Origin: Deltaproteobacteria bacterium
GTDB taxonomy: Bacteria > Myxococcota_A > Polyangia > Haliangiales > SHYZ01
Direction: 5' to 3'
Length of the DNA stretch: 64,000 bases
Assembly (NCBI GenBank): GCA_016210055.1
Contig: JACQUZ010000155.1
Coordinates: forward strand, 5,633-69,632
Part shown: piece by piece, positions 8,857-16,652 of the stretch
Numbering within the stretch: the stretch's first letter is position 1
Layout of the letters: each line of letters opens with the position of its first letter
The notes under the pieces: model-generated
Told to the model about the DNA's origin: nothing
What the model saw: the letters and a program-made list of their open reading frames with translations, nothing else
Database searches by the model: none
Translations under genes and position numbers: made by a program

Positions 8857-8955
8857 GAAGACGCTTTTGTGAGGTTATCACGCCTAGAATGCCCCATGGG
8901 AGGCATCACTTGGCGAAGGCACAAAAACGGCATGAAGATTGCTGGCTAGACTTGC

Positions 8956-9612
8956 ATGCCCACAACCGACCGCGCCTTCATTCCGGCCGCCCGATTCCAT
9001 TGGCTCACGCCGGTCTATGATTCACTTTGCCGCTTGCTCGGGCTGGGCGCCGCGCTGCGGGACTTCGAGCTCGAACTCCTCGAGTCCGTCGAGGCATCTG
9101 ACATTCTCGAGGTGGGTTGCGGTACGGGTGAGCTCCTCCTTCGAGTAGCCCGGCGGTTTCCGTCAGCCCGAGTGGTCGGTATCGACCCCGACCCGCGCGC
9201 ACTCCGGATTGCGGCCAAGAAGCTTCCTCCCGAGCGCGACATCCGATTGGTCAAGGGGCGTGCCGAGTCCCTCGAGTTCCCAGACCATTCATTCGACCTG
9301 GTGCTGTCGAGCCTCATGCTCCACCACCTCGACACCGAGAGTAAGATCGCCGCTCTGAGGGAATGGAAGCGGGTCTTGAGGCCTGGCGGTCAAATCGTCC
9401 TGGTTGACCTTGGGGAGCCGCGCTCCCTGACTACCAAGGTTCTTCTCTACCCGCTGCGGTTCAACCTCTTCGAAAAACAGGCCGACAACTTGAGGGGTAA
9501 GATACCGTCGTTCATCCAGCAGGTGGGCCTCGCGCTTTCCGAGGCGGCCGTATTCCGCTCTGCCGTGGTGGCCTACCGCGCTTGGCTGCCGGGGACGCCG
9601 CCGAGAGCGTAG
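8956..9612 (+). CDS. Class I SAM-dependent methyltransferase (UbiE/COQ5-like)
   Basis: 218 aa. SAM motif I is ILEVGCGTGELLL, followed by an acidic post-I residue (VVGIDPD) and a downstream LRPGGQIVLVD motif. It is transcribed divergently from the 4381..8856 operon across a roughly 100-bp gap. Confidence 0.85.
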   Translation: MPTTDRAFIPAARFHWLTPVYDSLCRLLGLGAALRDFELELLESVEASDILEVGCGTGELLLRVARRFPSARVVGIDPDPRALRIAAKKLPPERDIRLVKGRAESLEFPDHSFDLVLSSLMLHHLDTESKIAALREWKRVLRPGGQIVLVDLGEPRSLTTKVLLYPLRFNLFEKQADNLRGKIPSFIQQVGLALSEAAVFRSAVVAYRAWLPGTPPRA

Positions 9613-9634
9613 GCGTCCATGCAGGGGATAACGA

Positions 9635-9672
9635 TGGCGACCCCAGCGGGATTCGAACCCGCGTCACCAACG
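9635..9672 (-). pseudogene. Truncated 3' half of tRNA-Glu (anticodon-stem 3' strand through acceptor end, with encoded CCA)
   Basis: The reverse complement reads GTTGG TGAC GCGGG TTCGAAT CCCGC TGGGGTC G CCA. It is identical over 36 nt to the 3' part of the intact tRNA-Glu 80 nt downstream. There is no matching 5' acceptor strand or D-arm upstream, so it cannot fold as a tRNA. Confidence 0.7.
9637..9672. repeat. 36-nt direct repeat, copy 1 (tRNA-Glu 3' segment)
   Basis: gcgaccccagcgggattcgaacccgcgtcaccaacg is identical to 9717..9752. Confidence 0.9.
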
Positions 9673-9716
9673 CCGAAACGACAAAGACGCGTGTCCTGCA
9701 CCTGCCAAAAACAGAA

Positions 9717-9752
9717 GCGACCCCAGCGGGATTCGAACCCGCGTCACCAACG
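9717..9752. repeat. 36-nt direct repeat, copy 2 (inside the intact tRNA-Glu)
   Basis: Identical to 9637..9672. Confidence 0.9.
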
Positions 9753-9791
9753 TGAAAGGCTGGTGTCCTAGGCCGACTGGACGATGGGGTC
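9718..9791 (-). tRNA. tRNA-Glu (anticodon UUC)
   Basis: Manual cloverleaf on the minus strand: GACCCCA TC GTCC AGTCGGCCTA GGAC A CCAGC CTTTCAC GTTGG TGAC GCGGG TTCGAAT CCCGC TGGGGTC G. 74 nt, CCA not encoded. It closely resembles bacterial tRNA-Glu. Confidence 0.9.
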
Positions 9792-9823
9792 TTAAGTGAT
9801 TTCTTCTACCAAACTTTTCGCCG

Positions 9824-9896
9824 TGAGCCCAGCAGGGATCGAACCTGCGACCAACGGGTTAAAAGCCCGCTGCTCTACCGGCTGAGCTATGGGCTC
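9824..9896 (-). tRNA. tRNA-Lys (anticodon UUU)
   Basis: Manual cloverleaf on the minus strand: GAGCCCA TA GCTC AGCCGGTA GAGC A GCGGG CTTTTAA CCCGT TGGTC GCAGG TTCGATC CCTGC TGGGCTC A. 73 nt. Confidence 0.9.
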
Positions 9897-10006
9897 CCCT
9901 TCCGGTCAAGGCGTGTTTTCCTATCATTGCGGATCCGGCAAGTCAAGGCGCCTACGCCCGAGCGTAAATTTTTTCCTGGCTGCCCCATCGTGCTACTGTC
10001 GCTCCC

Positions 10007-10354
10007 GTGATTGACCAACGCCGTGCGACGCGCGTGGCCTCAGATCTTCCGGCCCGGTACCAGACGAGCGAAATTCTCCTCGAAGGGTGGGCCGGCAACT
10101 TGAGTCAGGGGGGGATGTTCTTCGTCGGCCCAGCCATCGACAGGGGGGTCGGGGACGTTCGCGTGGAGATAGCACTCCCGGAGTTCAGCCCGCTCATGTT
10201 GGCTGGTGAAGTCCGGTGGGTCGAAGAAGGACCCGTTCACTTCGGCATGGGGATTCGCTTCGTGAACGTTGCCCGATTCGAGCGTCAGCTCCTCGCGAAC
10301 TACTTGCTCCGCCGGACGTACCACCACTCGTCGTCGGGCTCTTCGCCCGCTTGA
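10007..10354 (+). CDS. PilZ domain protein (c-di-GMP binding type)
   Basis: 115 aa with a GTG start. Contains the bipartite PilZ motifs RxxxR (QRRATR) and (D/N)xSxxG (GNLSQGG). Confidence 0.8.
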   Translation: MIDQRRATRVASDLPARYQTSEILLEGWAGNLSQGGMFFVGPAIDRGVGDVRVEIALPEFSPLMLAGEVRWVEEGPVHFGMGIRFVNVARFERQLLANYLLRRTYHHSSSGSSPA

Positions 10355-10402
10355 CTCCCCCTAGATGCACAGTAAGATGGATCGGAGCGCAGGATCGTCG
10401 AC

Positions 10403-10738
10403 GTGAAGAAGTCTCTGAACATCGATGTCGCCGGGCAGAGGTTTACCTTGAAAACCGATGCCGACGAGGCCTACGTCCGGTCTTTGGCCCAGTTCGTGAC
10501 CGAAAAAATCGACGAAGCGCGGCAAAACGCCAAGGCCGTCACGACCCAGTCGCTGGCAATCTTGGCGGCAATGAACATTGCCGACGATCTTTTTCAGGCA
10601 AGGCGCCAGCAATCGGACTTGAAGCGACGGATTCGGGACAAGTCACATACGATCCTGGAACTCTTGGAAAAGGAGGCAAAGCTGATCGGATCCTCTCGCG
10701 AGCCGGTCCACATGACCGGCGAGAGCGAACGACAATAA
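10403..10738 (+). CDS. zapA: Cell division protein ZapA
   Basis: 111 aa. ZapA-like N-terminus (LNIDVAGQRFTLKTDADEAYVRSLAQFV) and a coiled-coil tail. It sits in the conserved position upstream of 5-FCL. Confidence 0.8.
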   Translation: MKKSLNIDVAGQRFTLKTDADEAYVRSLAQFVTEKIDEARQNAKAVTTQSLAILAAMNIADDLFQARRQQSDLKRRIRDKSHTILELLEKEAKLIGSSREPVHMTGESERQ

Positions 10739-10740
10739 TA

Positions 10741-10925
10741 GGGCTTCCCCTGCCCGACTCGTGATGAGGTGTCGGTCAACCTAGCACCTCAAAGGGAGGG
10801 GGTCGCACCGGCCATGGTGAGCACGCCCCGGTGTGCCTGAAGTGGCCGTTCGATCCCGGCCTTTGGTTCCCTGGTCCAGTTTTGGTTCGAGTCGTCGCCC
10901 ACACGGCCGAGGCGGGGGACTTATG
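10741..10925 (+). ncRNA. ssrS: Candidate 6S RNA (ssrS)
   Basis: A roughly 240-nt gap with no convincing coding signal lies between zapA and the 5-formyltetrahydrofolate cyclo-ligase gene. That is the conserved zapA-ssrS-ygfA arrangement known from many bacteria. The 5' end (gggcttcccctgcccgactcg) and 3' end (cgagtcg...ggccgaggcgggggac) are partly complementary, as expected for a 6S closing stem. Boundaries are approximate and no covariance model was run. Confidence 0.4.
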
Positions 10926-10982
10926 AGTCGAGTCGATCCTTATCGTCGCACATTAGTTCCGATCGGCGCCTTTTGCGCTACC

Positions 10983-11606
10983 ATGAGCCTATCCGTCCTT
11001 TCGATGCGCGCTTTAAAAGATGAGCTCCGCCGCGAGATGCGAATCCGGCGTCTCGATGTCTCGATGGAGCAATCGAGGAAGTGCGCAGAAATGGCGGCCA
11101 GGCACATCGCCAGGATTCCAGGGTTCCGCGAAGCCGGTGTCGTCGCCGTGTATGCTCCCGTGCGCGGAGAACTCGACACCGCTCCGCTCGTCAGTGAGCT
11201 CCGCTCCCGCGGCAAGACGGTGTGCTATCCCTGCATGGCGCCAAGCCACCGCCTGCTCGCCTTCCACGCTGTTGATGATGAAACCCGGCTGGTGCCAAGC
11301 CGGCTCGGAATCCCTGAACCTACCGAGGACATGCCCGTCGTCCCATCCGATCGGATTGAATGGATTATCGTCCCCGGACTCGCGTTTGATGCGCGAGGAG
11401 GAAGGCTTGGGTGGGGACGCGCTTACTACGACACCACTCTTGCGGCCAAGCCGCTGGCCCTGCGCGTCGGGTTGGCCCACGGCTTCCAAATCGTCCACTC
11501 CGTCCCGGAAACGGCAGACGACGAACGGATGGACGCCATCGTCACGGAGCTGGGCGCTCGGCTCACGCTCGCCAGAACCCAGCTCAACATGCGGAGGAAA
11601 CGTTGA
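10983..11606 (+). CDS. 5-formyltetrahydrofolate cyclo-ligase
   Basis: Family motifs are present: AVYAPVRGELD, GIPEP, IIVPGLAFDARGGRLGWGRAYYD. The start is moved from 10833 to the internal ATG 10983 (MSLSVLSMRALKDELRR). The longer form would cover the 6S candidate and adds an Arg/Pro-rich non-homologous extension. Confidence 0.8.
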   Translation: MSLSVLSMRALKDELRREMRIRRLDVSMEQSRKCAEMAARHIARIPGFREAGVVAVYAPVRGELDTAPLVSELRSRGKTVCYPCMAPSHRLLAFHAVDDETRLVPSRLGIPEPTEDMPVVPSDRIEWIIVPGLAFDARGGRLGWGRAYYDTTLAAKPLALRVGLAHGFQIVHSVPETADDERMDAIVTELGARLTLARTQLNMRRKR

Positions 11607-13165
11607 TCATTATCTACTTGCTTCTCGGCGTGCTGGCCGGCGCCCTCCTTTCGTACCTGGTCATCCCCAGGGTTTGGGGGAAGGCGGGCGCGGATGCGGC
11701 TGACGGCGCAGAGGCCGAGGGACAGAAGATCCTCGACGCCGCCCGCGCCGAGGCAGAAGCCATCCGGAAAGACGCCTTGGTCAAGGGGAAGGAGCTCGCG
11801 TTTGGGCTCAGGGCGGAGGTCGAAGAGGAAATCCGAGGGAGAAGAACCGATCTCGCCAAGCAGGAAGAGGCCCTGTCGGTTCGGGAAGAACAGGCCGAAA
11901 AGCGGGCCCGAGACGCGGGGCGCCGAGAGGAGGACCTGCAAAAGAAAGAAAAGACTATCGCGGCTCGCGAGCAGGCGGCAGAGGCCATGGCACGTCAAGC
12001 TGAGCAAGCAGTCGCCGAGGCCAAGGCACGACTCGAGAAGGTTGCCGGAATGACGGCGGCGGAGGCACGGCAGAAGCTGGCCGACCAGATGATTGACGAG
12101 GCCCGCAAGCTCGCCGCGGCAGAGGTCAAGCGAATCGAGACCACGGCCCAAGAGGAAGCGGCGGAAAAAGCAAAAAAGGTCATCGGCACTGCGATCCAGC
12201 GCTTTGCGAGCGAGTACGTGGCGGAGCGAACCGTCGCCGTCGTCCCCCTGCCCTCCGATGACATGAAGGGGCGACTGATCGGTCGCGAAGGCCGAAACGT
12301 ACGAGCCCTCGAGGCTGCCACGGGTATCGACCTCATTATCGATGACACCCCCGAGGCGATCACGATCTCCTGCTTCAACCCGATTCGGCGCGAGATCGCC
12401 CGCCTTGCAATCGGCCGCTTGGTCGCGGATGGACGAATCCACCCGACTCGAATCGAAGAGGTCGTCGCCAAGTGCGAGGAAGAGGTCCAGAACCAGTGCA
12501 AGGAGGCCGGCGAGCAGGCGGTCTTTGACCTTGGCCTGCACCGCGTGCATCCGGAGCTCATCAAGCTCCTGGGTGGGCTCAAGTACCGCTCGAGCTACGC
12601 GCAAAACCTCCTCGCGCACAGCATCGAGGTCGGCTTTCTCGCCGGGATCATGGCGGCAGAGCTGGGGCTCAACATCAAGCAGGCACGGCGTGCGGGCCTT
12701 TTCCACGACATTGGCAAGGCGGTCGACCACCAGCAGGAAGGCTCCCACGCGGTCGTGGGCGCGCAGCTGCTCAAGAAATACGGCGAGTCGCCGAGGATTT
12801 GCCAGGCGGTGGCCGCGCACCACGACGACGTGCCCCAGGAGGGCGTGCTCGATCACGTCGTGGACGCGGCCAATCGCCTAAGTGGCCAGCGGCCTGGCGC
12901 ACGAAGGGAGACCCTCGAGTCCTATATCAAGCGCCTGCACGATCTTGAAGCGCTCGCAAGGGGCTACAAGGGGGTCGACAAGGCATTCGCCATCCAGGCA
13001 GGCCGGGAGGTGCGGGTCGTCGTCGAAAATGGGCAGATCAATGACGAGCAGGCCATCCTCCTATCGAAGGACATCGCGAGAAAGATTGAGACTGAAATGT
13101 CCTATCCAGGCCAGGTGCGCGTTTGCGTGATACGCGAGACCAGGGCCACGGACTACGCACGATAG
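11603..13165 (+). CDS. rny: Ribonuclease Y
   Basis: N-terminal TM helix (IIIYLLLGVLAGALLSYLVI), a long Glu/Ala/Lys coiled coil, a KH domain (GRLIGREGRNVRALE) and an HD domain (LFHDIGKAVDH). I propose a TTG start at 11603, preceded by GGAGGA and overlapping the 5-FCL stop (TTGA). This gives about 520 aa, the typical RNase Y length. Confidence 0.9.
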   Translation: MIIIYLLLGVLAGALLSYLVIPRVWGKAGADAADGAEAEGQKILDAARAEAEAIRKDALVKGKELAFGLRAEVEEEIRGRRTDLAKQEEALSVREEQAEKRARDAGRREEDLQKKEKTIAAREQAAEAMARQAEQAVAEAKARLEKVAGMTAAEARQKLADQMIDEARKLAAAEVKRIETTAQEEAAEKAKKVIGTAIQRFASEYVAERTVAVVPLPSDDMKGRLIGREGRNVRALEAATGIDLIIDDTPEAITISCFNPIRREIARLAIGRLVADGRIHPTRIEEVVAKCEEEVQNQCKEAGEQAVFDLGLHRVHPELIKLLGGLKYRSSYAQNLLAHSIEVGFLAGIMAAELGLNIKQARRAGLFHDIGKAVDHQQEGSHAVVGAQLLKKYGESPRICQAVAAHHDDVPQEGVLDHVVDAANRLSGQRPGARRETLESYIKRLHDLEALARGYKGVDKAFAIQAGREVRVVVENGQINDEQAILLSKDIARKIETEMSYPGQVRVCVIRETRATDYAR

Positions 13166-13174
13166 CCAACTCCC

Positions 13175-14440
13175 ATGCATGTACTCGACGACCTGACAGC
13201 GCGCGGCCTGGTTTACGACGTGACGGATCGCGAAGGGCTCGCCAAGCTCCTCGCAGAAGGGCCGGTTACGTTTTACTGCGGCTACGATCCCACTGCGATT
13301 TCCCTGCACGTGGGAAACCTAGTCCCTCTGGGCATCATGCGCAGGCTGGCCATGGCGGGGCACAGGATGGTCGCCGTAATCGGCGGCGCCACGGGGATGA
13401 TCGGAGATCCGTCGGGCAAGACCACGGAGAGGAAACTCCTCGACAAGGAGACGCTCGTCCGAAACCAAGAAGCCATCTCGGCTCAGGTAAAGCAGCTGGT
13501 CGCAGGCAACGCGATTGTTCTAAACAATGCGGATTGGATTGCCCCATTGAGCTTGCTCGATTTCCTACGGGACGTTGGGAAGCTCATGACAATCAACTAC
13601 ATGCTGGCCAAGGAGAGCGTGCGCGCTCGGCTCGAGGATCGCGAGCACGGGATTAGCTACACCGAGTTCTCGTACATGCTCCTGCAGGCCTTCGACTTCA
13701 CGTACCTGGCCAAGCAGCATGGCTGCCGCCTGCAGATTGGCGCATCAGATCAATGGGGCAACATCACGTGCGGAATTGAGCTATGCCGCAAGATGGGCGG
13801 TCCAGAGCTATTTGGATTGGTCGCGCCTCTATTGACCGACAAGTCAGGAGTCAAGTTCGGGAAGAGCGAGGCGGGGACGAGCGTGTGGCTCGACCCGAGC
13901 TTGACCTCGCCCTATCGGTTCTATCAGTTCTGGGTCAACACCGAGGACGCGAATCTCGATCGGCTCCTCAAGATCTTTACCTTCTTGCCGCTCGAAGAGA
14001 TCGACCGGGTCGTCAGGGAGCACCAGGAAATCCCCAGCAAGCGGATTGGCCAGCGTCGGCTCGCGGGCGAGGTCACGACGTGGGTACACGGGGCCGAAGC
14101 GGCCCGGCGCGCCCAGGCCGCGTCGGAAGTCATGTTCGGTGGATCGATTGAAAACCTGGGGGATGCCGACCTCGAGCCGCTCCTCGCCGACTTGCCGTGG
14201 ACGCAGCTCGCGCGCGCCGAGCTGGAAAAGGGGTTGCCGCTCGTGGACCTCATGGCGCGCACCAAGCTGGTTGATTCCAAGGGAGCGGCACGTCGCCTGT
14301 TGTCCCAAGGTGGCGTGTACGTAAACAACGTGAGGCAGGACGATCCGAATCGTGTCCTTTGGCCCGCCGACTTGGCTACCGAGACGATGGTTGTCCTTCG
14401 CGCGGGCAAGAAGAGCTATCACGTGCTGAAAATCCTCTAG
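13175..14440 (+). CDS. tyrS: Tyrosine--tRNA ligase
   Basis: 421 aa with a HIGH-type motif (LHVGNL), a KMSKS-type motif (KFGKS) and a C-terminal S4-like domain. Confidence 0.95.
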   Translation: MHVLDDLTARGLVYDVTDREGLAKLLAEGPVTFYCGYDPTAISLHVGNLVPLGIMRRLAMAGHRMVAVIGGATGMIGDPSGKTTERKLLDKETLVRNQEAISAQVKQLVAGNAIVLNNADWIAPLSLLDFLRDVGKLMTINYMLAKESVRARLEDREHGISYTEFSYMLLQAFDFTYLAKQHGCRLQIGASDQWGNITCGIELCRKMGGPELFGLVAPLLTDKSGVKFGKSEAGTSVWLDPSLTSPYRFYQFWVNTEDANLDRLLKIFTFLPLEEIDRVVREHQEIPSKRIGQRRLAGEVTTWVHGAEAARRAQAASEVMFGGSIENLGDADLEPLLADLPWTQLARAELEKGLPLVDLMARTKLVDSKGAARRLLSQGGVYVNNVRQDDPNRVLWPADLATETMVVLRAGKKSYHVLKIL

Positions 14441-14458
14441 AATTGGCTCCGTCGCTCC

Positions 14459-16522
14459 TTAGTTTTGCCCACCCACTGCGCCTCTTCGGAGGCGGGGAAG
14501 GCTTGCTCGGGCGTCCGGTTCGCTCGGATCCAGGCGCAGGGCGTTTTCCAAGTGGCGTTGTGCCTCGGCGACCTCCCCGGCACGTGCCTCGATGATGCCG
14601 AGAAGTGACCAGGCGTCTGCCCGGTGAGGGGCGACCTTGACCGCGCGCAGTGCATGACGCCGGGCCGCCATGTCGTCCCCCAGCGCCAAGCGATACCTCG
14701 CCGCGTTCACGAGCGCGCCGTCGTGGTTCGGTCGCACCGCAAGGGCTTCCTCGGTGACGAGGGCCGCAGCCACGTGGTCCCCCGCTTGCGCGTGCAAGAC
14801 ACCGAGGTTCACGTACGACGACACGTGGCGCGGATCGACCTCACGTCCGGCGGCGAACAGGAGCTGTGCCTGCGCCCGGTCTCCGTTCATGAGCACCCCA
14901 CGGCCCAGGGCCGAAAGGGCCTGTGCGTGTTGGCGCCTTGCATTGGGGTCCGGGTCCCGTTCCGTTCCGAAGATCCGCTTGAGCACTTGGATCGAAGTGA
15001 GAGGTTCCGATTCGGTACCGTCCACCAGGGCAAGCGGAACCCCCCAGGCGAGCTTGCGTCCACCCGGGGGCAAATCGGCGCCCGGCTCCCAAGCCACCGG
15101 TCGTCCCGAGGAAAAGATCACCCCGAGCACGTTCTTCGGCCGTGCTCCAAGACGCACCCCCACCGCACCGAGAACGTCCCGGTCCCTGCGTAGATCCCAA
15201 AGATGCTGCCGCGCGAGCACGGCCACGTCGGGCCTTGCGCCTTCGACCAGCGTAAGCCACAAGAGACCTGCGGCCGTGGAGTCGCCCTGTACGAGCGCAA
15301 CGCTGCGCGAAGGGCACTGTGCCAGTGCCACTTCGCTCCATCGCCGCGGGGCATCGCTCGCCCGCGTCGAGAGCTTTTCGCCGTGCGAGACGAACCACGC
15401 TGGGACGAGCGCCATGAACCCCAGGGCCGCGGTCCCATGGGGTGCCATTCGGCCCAGGCGCCGCACGGCCAAAGACATGCCCACGCCTGCGAGCAGTGAG
15501 AGCGCCACGGCCATGGGCACGCCGTTTTGCCGATCCTCGAGGCCCATGGGGTTGACCCAGGCGCCGTAGGCGAAGTCAGCGATCGCCATCCACGCCAGGA
15601 TCCCACCCAAGAGGCGCCCGCCGCCTCCACGGCGCGACGCGAGGAGCGCGATCAGCCCGAGCGCCGAGCAGGAGATCGCGATGGGGCCAAGATCCTCCTC
15701 GAGAACGCGGCCGAGCGCTCGCCCATTCTCGAGAAACACCTCCGGGACCGACGACATGATCTCGCCCTGGAAGGCCTCTCGTATGCGCTGCGCGGTCAGG
15801 TGGCTCCATAGGGCCGAGACCGTGCTGGGATGCCCCCAGTCGAGCGCCGGGACGCGGCCGCTTGCCGACCGAACAGGCAGGTACAAGGTCATCGCCAACA
15901 TGCCGAGCGCAGCCAGGAGCGGCGCCATTCGCAACCAGCGTCGTCGCCTAGCGCCGAGGACGAACAAGACGAAAAGGGGCGGACCCACAACGATTCGATA
16001 CGAAGCGTGCACGCCGACGGCGCCGATGCCAAAGGCCAGCGACAGGAGGAGCCCGGCTCGCGCGCCACCGCCACGCATCGTCCTAAGGACTAGCCACAGC
16101 GATAGCGCTATCCATGCAGCCGTCGGGGTGTATACCTCCGCGACGCTCGCCTGGCGGAAAAAAGTCCCTGACGCGAAAAGGAGGCCGCCGGCAGCGACTG
16201 CGCCTACAAGGGAAGTCGCGTTGTCCCCGTTCAATTCGAGGACGATCCTGGTCGTCATCGCGACGGCGACCGCCGCGCAAGCAGACGAAACCAGGTGAAT
16301 GCGAAACGCGAGCTCACCCCACGGGATCCAAGACGCCAGGTGCGCGATTACCATGTACAGGGGGAATCCCGTGGGGTGAGGAACGCCGAGCCGCACGGCG
16401 GACGCGGCGAGCTCCTGGGAGTCCAGCCAGTAGGGCCCAGGAGCCACCGCCACGACGAGCCCCCCAAAAGCAAGAAGCCCCACGATGCGGGGGACTGCGC
16501 GAGCGCATCGAGGCGATGTCAC
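14459..16522 (-). CDS. DUF2723-family polytopic membrane protein (putative glycosyltransferase) with C-terminal TPR repeats
   Basis: 687 aa. The N-terminus PGPYWLDSQELAASAVRLGVPHPTGFPLYMV matches the DUF2723 signature. It has many TM segments and C-terminal TPR-like repeats (ALRLDPSEPDA, AVKVAPHRADAW). Confidence 0.75.
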   Translation of the reverse strand: MTSPRCARAVPRIVGLLAFGGLVVAVAPGPYWLDSQELAASAVRLGVPHPTGFPLYMVIAHLASWIPWGELAFRIHLVSSACAAVAVAMTTRIVLELNGDNATSLVGAVAAGGLLFASGTFFRQASVAEVYTPTAAWIALSLWLVLRTMRGGGARAGLLLSLAFGIGAVGVHASYRIVVGPPLFVLFVLGARRRRWLRMAPLLAALGMLAMTLYLPVRSASGRVPALDWGHPSTVSALWSHLTAQRIREAFQGEIMSSVPEVFLENGRALGRVLEEDLGPIAISCSALGLIALLASRRGGGGRLLGGILAWMAIADFAYGAWVNPMGLEDRQNGVPMAVALSLLAGVGMSLAVRRLGRMAPHGTAALGFMALVPAWFVSHGEKLSTRASDAPRRWSEVALAQCPSRSVALVQGDSTAAGLLWLTLVEGARPDVAVLARQHLWDLRRDRDVLGAVGVRLGARPKNVLGVIFSSGRPVAWEPGADLPPGGRKLAWGVPLALVDGTESEPLTSIQVLKRIFGTERDPDPNARRQHAQALSALGRGVLMNGDRAQAQLLFAAGREVDPRHVSSYVNLGVLHAQAGDHVAAALVTEEALAVRPNHDGALVNAARYRLALGDDMAARRHALRAVKVAPHRADAWSLLGIIEARAGEVAEAQRHLENALRLDPSEPDARASLPRLRRGAVGGQN

Positions 16523-16652
16523 GGAGTGAGGTTATCCCAGTCGCTGCGCGGAAGCGAGTTGACGCATGACGCCAGTCGGTGCAACCCTCGCCCCTTGACG
16601 CGGCGCAGGGCCGACCCACAACCAGGCCGATGCCGCGGGCAGGTCAAACCAA

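Noticed and set aside
8889-8906. Imperfect palindrome ATGCCCCATGGGAGGCAT in the divergent promoter region as an operator feature
   Set aside because: The symmetry is imperfect and there is no associated regulator gene. It is mentioned only within the related finding, not as a feature.
9635-9716. First tRNA-like segment as a complete second tRNA-Glu (or another tRNA)
   Set aside because: Only the T-arm, variable region, acceptor 3' strand and CCA are present. The upstream sequence cannot form the acceptor 5' strand, D-arm or anticodon stem, so it is called a fragment.
9637-9752. 36-nt direct repeats as a possible CRISPR or mini-array
   Set aside because: There are only two copies, both are tRNA-derived, and there are no further spacers or cas genes.
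10833-10982. N-terminal extensions of several track ORFs. The track starts are 10833 (5-FCL), 11411 (rny), 18526 (GH57), 23756 (murQ), 31820 (phosphoesterase), 37532 (ctaB), 38797 (ABC ATPase), 55858 (DUF58), 61181 (truA) and 62220 (pssA).
   Set aside because: The extensions overlap the preceding gene or a likely ncRNA and are compositionally shadow-like. They precede internal starts that align with the conserved N-termini, often with a stop-start overlap or an SD.
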